Assembly: GCA_002269645.1 (NCBI GenBank)
Contig: NIVC01000349.1
Location: 186,001 to 250,000, forward strand
Source: Macrostomum lignano
Lineage: Eukaryota
Direction: 5' to 3'
DNA length: 64,000 bases
Below are positions 34,386-45,537 of the stretch, piece after piece. The translations under genes were made by a program, and so were the position numbers. The notes below the pieces were generated by a model. The model ran no database searches. It was not told the origin of the DNA and saw only the letters and a list, made by a program, of their open reading frames with translations. Within the stretch, counting starts at the first letter, position 1. The number at the start of each line of letters is the position of its first letter.

Positions 34386-35153
34386 CCCAGTGGTTAGAAA
34401 AATTGGGGCGTACCCTCTAGGCCGGCGCCCCGGCGGCCCTCAAGGGTACGCCCCATCCCGCAAGATAAAAGTTTGTAGGTTTTCTTCTTTGTACGTATGA
34501 AATATTTTTGTGAGGAAATTATGTAAAGAGCAGAATTTTTAAAGTTGATTTTTTTAGTTTCGGGTGTTTTTGTGCTCGAACCTGACAGTACGCCTTTCAG
34601 TACGTGCAGTGGACAGTGGGGCGAACTATTGATATCCTTATTAATTATTTTCTTGTATAATGAGCTCATTATTTATTTGCATTGACCAATCCTCATACTA
34701 CAGCTAACTTGAACTTTTAACCCTTTGAGCAGCCATCTCTTTGAAAAATTGCTGCAAGCTCCAAAGTGGGGTATAGGCGACTCGTGCAAATTTTTCTGAG
34801 TTTCATACACTTCAGAAATTGGATGTGAACGCAAAAGTGTGCGTTTTAGCCTACCTACTTATAAGTAATACCTTTTGATCTTCGAAATCAACGCAACAAA
34901 AAATATATTTTTTAATACTCCACTACTTAAGCACTAGCGCATGTACAATGTTGCTTGTATTCTTAAGTTTTCATTTAGATGAGTCCGATTTGGTGGTCAA
35001 TTCAGGATTTTTAAAGTAGTGGGGGCAGATTTGCCCAAATTTTTGTTTTGGTCTAAAAAGCCAAAGTAAGCTCAAAATTTACCCCCCTTATATGCAAGTC
35101 CAGCCATGGCAAAGGGGGCGGCCGCCGGGTCTACTACATCTACGAGTACATTT

Positions 35154-35619
35154 GACCGCCACAATTTGATCGCCGTTCTATTCAAGGTGAAATAGGGCGG
35201 CGGGCAAATTGTCTGGCGGGCAAATTGTCTGGCGGGCAAATTGTCTGGCGGGCAAATTGTCTGGCGGGCAAATTGTCTGGCGGGCAAATTGTCTGGCGGG
35301 CAAATTGTCTGGCGGGCAAATTGTCTGGCGGGCAAATTGTCTGGCGGGCAAATTGTCTGGCGGGCAAATTGTCTGGCGGGCAAATTGTCTGGCGGGCAAA
35401 TTGTCTGGCGGGCAAATTGTCTGGCGGGCAAATTGTCTGGCGGGCAAATTGTCTGGCGGGCAAATTGTCTGGCGGGCAAATTGTCTGGCGGGCAAATTGT
35501 CTGGCGGGCAAATTGTCTGGCGGGCAAATTGTCTGGCGGGCAAATTGTCTGGCGGGCAAATTGTCTGGCGGGCAAATTGTCTGGCGGGCAAATTGTCTGG
35601 CGGGCAAATTGTGGCGGTC
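35154..35619. repeat. 16-bp satellite (GGCGGGCAAATTGTCT)n, about 26 copies, bracketed by a 15-bp inverted repeat (MITE-like cassette)
   Basis: GACCGCCACAATTTG at 35154-35168 and CAAATTGTGGCGGTC at 35605-35619. Confidence 0.88.
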
Positions 35620-36496
35620 TCCGCTGTCGGTCTCCCGCGGCCGCGCCCCCCCCCCTTGGATAGTGGCGTAAATAAATACTCATTTCAAAGTTTTACATGT
35701 AAGTAGGCGGCATACCCTTGCACAAGGTTGCATAATTATTTGAAAGCCGTATGCTTGTATGGGGTGGACAGTTGACAGTCAAAATGCCTATATCTACATG
35801 TACCTCCATACAGTAATAATTTACCTATTAAACAACAGGTAAGGTCAAAGATAACATATGCGTATGCCAGCAAAGGTTTAAAATTTTCAATAATTAATTG
35901 TACGGTACAATGCGATAGCAAAACAAACTAATCTTAGATGCAGCTATTATCTAGAATCTCGATTTATCTTCCAGAATTTTAGAGAAATACAACTAGGACA
36001 GGGGAAATCCCGGAAAATCAATCAGGTTTGCCAAGCTGTATTAAAGGGGGACCAAGCGCATTTTTGCCAAAATACAGAGCCACCCCTCCGCCCCCCTTGG
36101 GTCTTTACCCTTCAGAATCCGCCCCCCCCCCCACATAAGAAATTCTGCTTGCGCCACTGCTAACAGTTCAAGTAATTCTGGAGAGCACAGAGTGCTGTCT
36201 AGAGAAGCTGTTCAGGCTTGGCACAACGCGCCCGCCAAAATTTTGTTAATGTCAACTTTTGCTCATTGTAATGATCGAAATTCCTTGCGAGGGATTGGCT
36301 AACTATTTTACTTTAAGTGCCAGATAGAGAATCTAGCTCAAGACTGCGGGCCAGAAGGAGGAGAGTGGAGGGGAGAGGGGAGAGATGTGAGATGTGAGAG
36401 GAGGGAAGAGAGGAGAGAGGCGAGATGAGAGAAAGAAGGGAGATAAAGGGAGAGAGGAGAGAGGCGAAAGGAGAGATGTCAGAGGAAGGGAGCAAG

Positions 36497-36685
36497 CAGT
36501 AGGGCAACCAGAAATTTTTTGAGGGGGGGGCGGATTCTGGAAGGTAAAGTCCCGTGAGGGAGGGGGCGGAGGGGAGGCTCTGTTTTTGGCGAAAATTCGC
36601 TTGGTCCCCCTTCAATTTTTTCTGGGTCTCCGCCTAAGGGGGGGGCCCGCCCCCCCCCCCCCGCCCCCCCCTGGTTGCGCCACTG
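36497..36685. mobile_element. hAT-type MITE nested in CACTA copy A
   Basis: CAGTAGGGCAACCAG...CTGGTTGCGCCACTG with an 8-bp TSD GGAGCAAG; a diverged inverted relative lies at about 36040-36168. Confidence 0.78.
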
Positions 36686-37785
36686 GGAGCAAGGAAAGAG
36701 GGGAAAGGAGGAGAGAGGGGAGATTTTGATGAGAAAAGGAGAAGAAATTAGCAAAAAAGCTGAGAAGAGATGCAAACCTTGAGCGGGCTGGATTGTTATT
36801 GGCATGGGAAGTTAGAAAGGACCCGAGGGCTGGATAGAGAGACTGCGGGCCGCATGTGGCCCGTGGGCTGGAGTTTGCTGACCCCTGCAGCCTGCAGTAG
36901 GCTATGCATGACGGGCCCAGTTAACTGCATAATGGCAAATAAGAGACATGGGAGATTGGAGATAGGAGACTGTCTCCCCTGTCTCCCCTTCATTTATCTC
37001 CCCGATTACGAGTAGGGCACAGTCACTCAGTCACATTTTGATAAGGAGGGATACATAGACATAGATATTTTCTCAGTTTTCATATTCAGAGGCGGTCAGA
37101 GCTCAAATGGGACAGGTCATGAATAAATAACAATCTAACCCCCGCCTTGTCATTTTTCCGGATGAATAAATCCACTGAATCATAAAGGTTTCAAAGTGCC
37201 TTTGCGTTCTCATGACAGTTTTTGCCACTCAATTATTCTAGTCTTACTGAATCCCCGAGTTAACAGAAAATTATAGCTCGGCGCACGTCCGCCAGCTTGA
37301 ATATTCTCGCTATATTATTGTTCTCTATTTGCGATCGTCTTTTACAACCCGACATCAATAAAACCCGTGTGGGCTTTATCTCTCATTAACAGAAATCTCT
37401 CATCAATTATAGCCTGTATAAAGCTTACTCATTTTGAGTTGCTCTTAGAAAAATGTTTTGAATTTCCTGGCCAGTGGCAATAACCCGTAATGACAGGGCA
37501 ATGCAAGGAATTATTTTAACCTAGAGGTGACAGCTAATTTTGGCCAATTCATTTCAGTTGGGTGGGGGGGGGTTAGAAGAAAGGCTAGAGAAGTGATATG
37601 GGAATTTCTACGTTGTACCGTTCTTGCCTGCTTAAGCGAACCTATGCGAAACAAACAAACTGTCCTGACTCCTTATCAGTGCAGGTCATCAAGTTTTTTC
37701 TATTCCCATATTGCACCAAAGATAAAGGAAGAACAAAGACGAATTTCGTGCGAGGCTTGACAAGGTCTGAACTATATATAGCACA

Positions 37786-38813
37786 TGAAGCACATGAAGG
37801 CTACTGAATTCAGACAGTACTTGCTGTACCTAGGACCTGTCCTCTTCAAAGGCATTTTAAATGAAGAAAGGTATAACCACTTTCTTTACCTCCATTTCGC
37901 CATTTACGCATACTCCAACGAAAGGTACTCCAAGTGGTGGACGCAGGCAAAAACTTGCATTGAAGTTTTTGTTGAACGGGCTGCCCACCTTTACGGCCAG
38001 AAGTTTATAAGTTTCAATCTTCACACTATTCTTCATTTGGATGAGTTTGTCCGAAAGCTAGGCAGTTTAAACAACTTTTCGACTTTCCCTTTCGAAAACT
38101 TTCTTGGATCTGTAAAGCGCCGCGTAAAGGTGACAAGGCACATGGCAGCGCATTCAGTTAAGCAGGTGCTCAGAGTTCGCGATCTTCTGTTGAATGAGCA
38201 GCGAATTCCACCGTTGAAATTCAGCACAAAGCGAGGTGATAATTGTTGCATAATCGACAAAGTATGCGTCCTAATCGAAGCTGTAAGTGAAGCTAATCAA
38301 GTCACTGGCAGGATTTTACACCCAGTTGACAACATCTACGCCAACCCATATCCATCTTTGCGTCTGGGAATCGGCTTGTACAGGATGACATCTGGTGTTC
38401 TAACTGGCACACCTGAGCGAAAGTGCTGGATTTTGCCTGCGAATCTGCTTGCCAATCTTGCTGGAGCGGACAGGGATCCAGCAAGCCATTTTTTTGTCAT
38501 TCCTCTGACAGGTGACTCCGAGGAGGCCTGATGTAGGACGCGTGAGTCGCAAGTGAGTACTAAAAATATCTTTCTCTGGTTTTTTATATCAATCCGATTT
38601 CCTTCTATCTCGATTCTCGTATTCCCTGTATTCTGCAATTCTGCAATTTCTTCCTGTATATGTTCTCAGCTTCAACACGCAGACATGATTGTAGATTGTG
38701 AGTTAAATATTAGTATATTACGATGCATACTCGATCGCAACTGCCATTTTATCTTTACTTTTAGGATCCGCAGTTTCACGAGTTTACTACAAGCCTGGCG
38801 ATCGGTCATTCAT
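37786..38813 (+). pseudogene. Inverted duplicate of the transposase 3' CDS + 3' UTR (left arm of a 1028-bp inverted repeat)
   Basis: Reverse complement of 39323-40350; the ORF-track translations of both arms are identical; lacks the N-terminal catalytic Asp residues. Confidence 0.93.
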
Positions 38814-39604
38814 TCATATATATATATTTTATAAGTTACAACCTAGCATAAACACATAAATACTTTGATACGGAAAGTATTGATTCGATCTGACCTAAAA
38901 TAGGTGCCAGCAAAAGAAAGAAAATATTCATAGCATTTTATATGTGCTTAAAAGTAAAACCAGATGGTAACAGATGGAAATTACAGTTGTGCAGCTAGTT
39001 GATTATTATCAATGGGATAAGTAAAATATTACAAAAATTCTGTTGGCTTGAATTGGAGGTAGGAATACTGTATACAATACCATTAGTATTTCATACTCGT
39101 ATACTGGGGTTTAAGAAAATAAATCCCCCATTTCAGCCACATACAGCGGCATCACCTCCCACTAAGTTTCCGGCCCCTCCACCCCTCCTACACAGTTTTG
39201 AGCTAAATTACCCCTCCGGCCTCTATAACACCGAATTTTAAGCTGTACCTAATTCTAGGGTTCAAGAATGTAAACAATAAAGATAGAATCAATATAATCA
39301 GTCTCTAAAATAACTCCAGTTCATGAATGACCGATCGCCAGGCTTGTAGTAAACTCGTGAAACTGCGGATCCTAAAAGTAAAGATAAAATGGCAGTTGCG
39401 ATCGAGTATGCATCGTAATATACTAATATTTAACTCACAATCTACAATCATGTCTGCGTGTTGAAGCTGAGAACATATACAGGAAGAAATTGCAGAATTG
39501 CAGAATACAGGGAATACGAGAATCGAGATAGAAGGAAATCGGATTGATATAAAAAACCAGAGAAAGATATTTTTAGTACTCACTTGCGACTCACGCGTCC
39601 TACA

Positions 39605-41632
39605 TCAGGCCTCCTCGGAGTCACCTGTCAGAGGAATGACAAAAAAATGGCTTGCTGGATCCCTGTCCGCTCCAGCAAGATTGGCAAGCAGATTCGCAGG
39701 CAAAATCCAGCACTTTCGCTCAGGTGTGCCAGTTAGAACACCAGATGTCATCCTGTACAAGCCGATTCCCAGACGCAAAGATGGATATGGGTTGGCGTAG
39801 ATGTTGTCAACTGGGTGTAAAATCCTGCCAGTGACTTGATTAGCTTCACTTACAGCTTCGATTAGGACGCATACTTTGTCGATTATGCAACAATTATCAC
39901 CTCGCTTTGTGCTGAATTTCAACGGTGGAATTCGCTGCTCATTCAACAGAAGATCGCGAACTCTGAGCACCTGCTTAACTGAATGCGCTGCCATGTGCCT
40001 TGTCACCTTTACGCGGCGCTTTACAGATCCAAGAAAGTTTTCGAAAGGGAAAGTCGAAAAGTTGTTTAAACTGCCTAGCTTTCGGACAAACTCATCCAAA
40101 TGAAGAATAGTGTGAAGATTGAAACTTATAAACTTCTGGCCGTAAAGGTGGGCAGCCCGTTCAACAAAAACTTCAATGCAAGTTTTTGCCTGCGTCCACC
40201 ACTTGGAGTACCTTTCGTTGGAGTATGCGTAAATGGCGAAATGGAGGTAAAGAAAGTGGTTATACCTTTCTTCATTTAAAATGCCTTTGAAGAGGACAGG
40301 TCCTAGGTACAGCAAGTACTGTCTGAATTCAGTAGCCTTCATGTGCTTCAGTTCCAAGTCGATTTTCCGGGGTCTTCGTTGAAAGTTTGAAGGTGTCCAA
40401 CCGGCAGCCATAGTAATTCGGTCGCCCAATAGGCTCATCGGACCGGGATAGACGAGACACTTCTTGCCATTAGATTTGTCGAAAAATAGGTAAAATAGCT
40501 TCCTTGTGACTCCAAGGCATACGGCATGCTGGTAGTCAGGGGGAAAAGCATCGACAAAACTAATGTTAGGCAAATTTAGAAGGGGCGATAGAGCGATTTT
40601 TTTATTTTCCTGGTTAGACTCCTTTCCCTCTCGGTATTGTTGGCTGCTACGAGACTCCCCGACGCTCGTTGAAAATGTTACTCTGTTGTCGGTATAAGGT
40701 CCAGTAGCCCTGCAGTACATGCAACCGACGTACGACATGTGCCCTTGAGTTACTGAGACCCAGGCTCGAGCAGGCGCATCGCAAACAAATCGGATAGTCG
40801 AGAAGCTGATGCTTAAATTTTCGATAATTTTTATTGGACCCGTAAGAAAACGTTTAGCCTCGTCGCAAAATTGTCGAAGATAATCATTCAGAGGTGGCTT
40901 GCCACAACCAGCCCATACGGCTACTGGAAAAGGTCTGCTGAATATGCTGGGAATAGACATAAGTATGGGCCAAAGACCGAAGTGGCTTGCTCGGTACAAA
41001 GGCAAGCCGTCAAAATTAACGATGGCTTCAATTTTGTAAACCTTCTCAGTTTCACTATCGTGTTGTAGATATTCTGGCTTCATGTGCAGCTGGTTTTTGC
41101 GAAACATTAGTTCTAGATTTTTCAGAATCGAAATGTAGCGAAAATGGCCTTTTCCCATGGGCTCCAATTTTTCCGTTGGATCGCCAGCATTGATGACGGC
41201 CTCAATAGAGTTGACAGACTTCGGCGCAGGCAAGCCTATGTCTCTTAGACCATCAACAAGGAATTTTTTAGATCCACGACTTAGGTTGAAACAAGAAAAG
41301 TAGACTACCAGCAAGGCGAATATTTTATCTTCTAAAGAGCGGTCATCCTCTTTCTTGTCAATCTCCTCATCTTCATCGCTGCAAACTCGCGCGAACTCGT
41401 CAAAATCAGGATAGCTGCCATTGTCGTTGTCAAGATCTGGATCCGTACCTTCATTGACTTCTGCTACAGAGGACTCCGAAGCGATGAAACCGGCGACTCT
41501 CCCAGAATCATCTGCTTCAAATACTTTTCTTTTTTTCTCTTGCAGTGCGATGTCTTCCAAAGCTTCTTGTTCTCCTTCCATGAACAAGCCCAGCAAATCC
41601 TTATTTGCTTGTCGCCTCAATTGCCTTGTCAT
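39605..41632 (-). CDS. CMC/EnSpm-type DDE transposase, 675 aa, intact
   Basis: NFDGLPL...LWPIL; VCDAPARA...GH.SY.GCMYC; FPPDYQHAVCLGV.RKL; KATEFRQ.LLY; NLHTILHL; TFPFEN.LG. This is the D, D, CxxC, D-H, HxxxH and E motif order typical of CMC transposases. Confidence 0.92.
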   Translation of the reverse strand: MTRQLRRQANKDLLGLFMEGEQEALEDIALQEKKRKVFEADDSGRVAGFIASESSVAEVNEGTDPDLDNDNGSYPDFDEFARVCSDEDEEIDKKEDDRSLEDKIFALLVVYFSCFNLSRGSKKFLVDGLRDIGLPAPKSVNSIEAVINAGDPTEKLEPMGKGHFRYISILKNLELMFRKNQLHMKPEYLQHDSETEKVYKIEAIVNFDGLPLYRASHFGLWPILMSIPSIFSRPFPVAVWAGCGKPPLNDYLRQFCDEAKRFLTGPIKIIENLSISFSTIRFVCDAPARAWVSVTQGHMSYVGCMYCRATGPYTDNRVTFSTSVGESRSSQQYREGKESNQENKKIALSPLLNLPNISFVDAFPPDYQHAVCLGVTRKLFYLFFDKSNGKKCLVYPGPMSLLGDRITMAAGWTPSNFQRRPRKIDLELKHMKATEFRQYLLYLGPVLFKGILNEERYNHFLYLHFAIYAYSNERYSKWWTQAKTCIEVFVERAAHLYGQKFISFNLHTILHLDEFVRKLGSLNNFSTFPFENFLGSVKRRVKVTRHMAAHSVKQVLRVRDLLLNEQRIPPLKFSTKRGDNCCIIDKVCVLIEAVSEANQVTGRILHPVDNIYANPYPSLRLGIGLYRMTSGVLTGTPERKCWILPANLLANLAGADRDPASHFFVIPLTGDSEEA

Positions 41633-41996
41633 TGTTTTCGTCCGAATCAGACTTTGATGATAGTTGACTGTTGTAATAATAATAAAGTAATTACTACGAT
41701 TGCTTATTTCGTATTAAAGAAAGGATATGAACAAAAGCTGGGAAGAATTGAAAACTATTCCTTTGGGGGTTTGTGCGCGCTGATTGGACAGGTATGGATG
41801 CGGGGACGGTAGGGCCAATGAAATTGGAAAAGCCAGGGCGGCCTTTTTCATTCGAAGAACTATAGAAGACAATTGCTTCTAGAAGCAACCTAAACCACTG
41901 AATCATTAAATAAGCATAAACTATAGTGTGAGCTCCAAACTCTTGCTTTATTTGGTACTCAGTTTTGCACTAGCATAGTCTAGTCTGCATGCTACA
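41633..41996. promoter_or_regulatory. Putative bidirectional promoter between the transposase and ORF2
   Basis: 364 bp between head-to-head ATGs; CCAAT boxes at 41783-41787 (reverse), 41815-41819 and 41823-41827 (reverse); GGGCGG at 41836-41841. Confidence 0.55.
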
Positions 41997-44958
41997 ATGA
42001 AGTTTTTAGTGATCTTTAAAGACGACCGTCAAATTGTTGAGGTCTCGGAAAGCGAAGTGAAGCTTCCTGAAGGCTTTCAAAACCTTAAGGAAGAGGAATG
42101 GTTAGAAAAGAGGGACTCCACTGAGAAGTGGAAGTGTGAAGCCTTGTATGAAGGCTGTTTTTACTCTGCTCTAATTATTCAGGTAAGCAACCGATCCCAA
42201 CGATTGAAATGTTAAAATTCTTGAATCGATCTAATATTTGTACGCTCATATTTTCTCATTAATTTAAAGGTAATACTAAGCAACAACCTAGAGCCTGGGA
42301 GCTTCCGCTTTGTGCGTGAATTGGTGGCCAAAAAGACCCGACTGAACCGAATTCTCGAGTTGGTTCAACCCAGAGTCTTTCAGGAGCGTGACATGAAGAA
42401 AGCACGAAGGCATTACCAGACTAAGGTAAAATTAAGCACAGCCCATATAATTTTTATCGAGAACTTTGTTTTCTCCGTTTTACCTTTTAAACTATTTTTT
42501 AAGAAAAGGGAAGAAATTAAATGTGAAAATAATCTTTAAAACTGACATTAACTTGATAATTTCTCATGCCGTAACCATCCCAAACAGAATCTGTCAGACG
42601 GCTCAGCCACCGATTCCGAGGCAATCTTCGAAGATAAGAGCAGCCGCTGTTTGCAACCTCCAGCTTTGCTGCCTAAACAACATCCGCCTACGATTGCACA
42701 GTTAGCGCCAATGCCTCCTATTAGTGATGATGAAGCAGAAGCTGGCGTAGACGCCGATATGGAAGCTGAGGCGGAAGCTGAGGCGGAAGCTGAAGTGGAA
42801 GCTGAGGCGGAAGCTGAAGTGGAAGCTGAGGCGGAAGCTGAAGCGGAAGATGAGGTGGAAGCTGAGATCGGAGCTGAGGTGGAAGCTGAGATGGGAGCTG
42901 AGGCGGAAGCTGAGGCGGAAGCTGAGGTGGAAGCTGAGATGGGAGCTGAGGTGGAAGCTGAGGCGGAAGCTGAAATAGAAGCTGAGTTCGTAGCAGATGA
43001 TCGATCGACGATTCCTAAGTCGCCTCCCACCATTTCATCTTTTAATTTTGGTTCTGGCTTTCTTAGAAAACTAGAAGAGCAGATCCAAGCCGGTGTTAGC
43101 TTTGAGCTGGAAAGTCCAAGAGGCATCAAGTTTCTGTCCTTATATGCCCTACGCGAACTTACTATGCGCAAGAATGAATTGAAAGCATTAGAAAATAGTT
43201 TGTCCAAACAAATCACCGCAATGCGCACTGAAGTGCAGAGCGTGCTACGCTTTTTGGAACCTGTTGGCGCTGACATTCCAACTGATAATTCTGAGCCTTC
43301 ATTCTGGCCGATCAACTCCTGGGAAAAATATGTGCAATTCGCTTCCAGTCCAAATGAACATATTTCTACTTTGGTAAGTTCATGACAGAGTTTTTTATTT
43401 TCTTTTCATTAGAAGAAATGCTCTAACTACTACTCAAAGCGCACTAGTACTATCACTGAAATAATAATCTATAAGTATTCTCACCTGTAAAAATCTAAAC
43501 AGAAGAGCCTGCTACGTTCATGCAAGCGAGACAAGTGGTCCGATGCTTTAATGGCAATGCTTAACGAGAGCTTGTCGAAAGAGATGCAGGCGGTTATTAA
43601 TTTAATCGGGTCAGACATGCGAAGCCGAGCTGTTGCTGCTGGAGTTGCGACCAACCTTACTGATGCGCAGCTTGGATTTCAGAGCACTCTGCTCAGCCAT
43701 TTCCAAAGTAAGTCTACTTAATCAACGTTCAATGAGACTTTTAGAGCTAAATATCAAGAAATTAGTCGAGCACAGTGCATGCTATTCATAGTAACTTTCA
43801 ACTTTTTTCCTAACAGAAGCAATCACATTCATCTATGGCGCGACCGCTGAAGCCGGCAGGCCCTCTGAACAATCTGTAAGAAATACTTGCAGACAGCAGC
43901 TAAAGCATGGCGGTGACCGATTAAAGGGGCGGTCGCATCGCACAGGAAGCCAGCTGCTTTCCGGAGTCCAGACTCAAAGCCCCGCTTCTGACAGCGCCGT
44001 ACAAAGACAGTCTCTGGTGGCAGCGACTCCAAGCCCCGCTTCTGGCAGCGCCGTACAAAGACAGTCTCTGGTGGCAGCGACTCAAAGTCCCGCTTCTGGC
44101 AGCGCCGTACAAAGACAGTCTCTGGTGGCAGCGACTCCAAGCCCCGCTTCTGGCAGCGCCGTACAAAGACAGTCTCTGGTGGCAGCGACTCCAAGCCCCG
44201 CTTCTGGCAGCGCCGTACAAAGACAGTCTCTGGTGGCAGCGACTCAAAGTCCCGCTTCTGGCAGCGCCGTACAAAGACAGTCTCTGGTGGCAGCGACTCC
44301 AAGCCCCGCTTCTGGCAGCGCCGTACAAAGACAGTCTCTGGTGGCAGCGACTCCAAGCCCCGCTTCTGGCAGCGCCGTGCAAAGACGGTCTTTGGTGGCA
44401 GCGACTCAAAGTCCCGCTTCTGGCAGCGCTGTGCAAAGACGATCTCTGGTGGCAGCGACTCAAAGTCCCGCTTCTGGCAGCGCCGTGCAAAGACGGTCTT
44501 TGGTGGCAGCGACTCAAAGTCCCGCTTCTGGCAGCGCCGTGCAAAGACACAGCCATTCATCTTCTTTTTCCCTAGTGAGTAAAAACGTATCTAAACTGAA
44601 TAATGAACGATGAATACTATGATTGCTAAGCATTAAATACTACTATCAGTAAGATAAAATGTGCATGCAGTAATTTTTTGTTTTCTTTCCAATGTCACAG
44701 ACACCATCGCGACTATCAGCGGGAGAAGTGCCGCCAGCGGCGACAGCAAAGCCGAGCTCCCAATCCAGAAAGCGAGCGAGTATTCAGTTGGATTCTCAGC
44801 CTCGAAAGCGGAACAACCATCGCCCCCGTTCAGCAAAGTCAAAAACCAACTACCGCACTGACTGCTCTCTCGAATCTGATGACGAAACCGAATCAAGTGG
44901 ATCAAACTGGTCCGAAGATCAGCGAGAGCTGGATGATGGACAATTTAAAATCTTCTAA
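41997..44958 (+). CDS. CACTA accessory ORF2 (TnpA-like); exons 41997-42182, 42270-42425, 42588-43373, 43503-43707, 43817-44574, 44701-44958; 782 aa
   Basis: Five GT-AG introns with consistent phases (0,0,0,1,0) and no internal stop. Acidic E/A tract, coiled-coil-like segment, a helical region ending ..[11 protein letters not shown], about eleven 18-aa repeats, and a basic then acidic tail. Function is inferred from position only. Confidence 0.75.
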
Positions 44959-45537
44959 TTATGAGAGCACGTATTTTACGAGTAAATGCTGTCAAAATGA
45001 TTTTAAAACTGACATTCTTTCAACACCTTTGTTGCCAAAAACTTAACTATTTTTCGTTCTAATATTGTGTTTTAATATCAGTTCCATTTAACTTCGCTAA
45101 ATAAATTCAAATTTCATTACATTTAAGTTTCTTATTCGATTTCATTCATAGACTCAAACTAATTTTCTAAAGAACTGCAAAAAAATTTACAAAAGGCAAA
45201 CTTCGTAAGCAGGTAGCAGCAAGGTTGTTTAAATTTATAATGGAAGAGACAATTGCTTAAAAAAATCAGATAGCTCTGAAAATTATTTGGAAATAAATTC
45301 AATTTTGAAACAACCAGAAAGCTAGGCTGCTGCCAGAGCAAAATATATCAGTAAAAGCCCTGCATACTACTGTTAGTAGAGTAAACCAATTCTTGCCTTA
45401 ATTTATTGGGCAGTCCACCGGGCGCCGGGTATAAGGCCGGCGCCCCGACTGGACAAAGAGTGCGCCCCGCTACCGGCCACAGGCCACCGGGCGCCGCGGT
45501 CTGCGCACCCTTGGGCGTACCAGAATTTCCCACTGGG

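Larger units (their letters stand above)
34386..45537. mobile_element. CACTA/EnSpm (CMC) DNA transposon, copy A, 11152 bp
   Basis: Termini CCCAGTGG...CCACTGGG; subterminal GGCGTACC/GGCGCC motifs at both ends; 2-bp TSD TC; encodes a CMC transposase and ORF2. Confidence 0.9.

Noticed and set aside
35072-35706. Repeat ORFs (PARQFARQTICPPDNL)n and their reverse
   Set aside because: A 16-bp unit lacking stops gives ORFs in all frames; there is no coding signal.
37785-38531. Independent 248-aa transposase gene
   Set aside because: Exact inverted copy of the C-terminal third with an in-frame TAG just upstream and no N-terminal catalytic residues. A truncated inhibitor peptide cannot be excluded but has no support.
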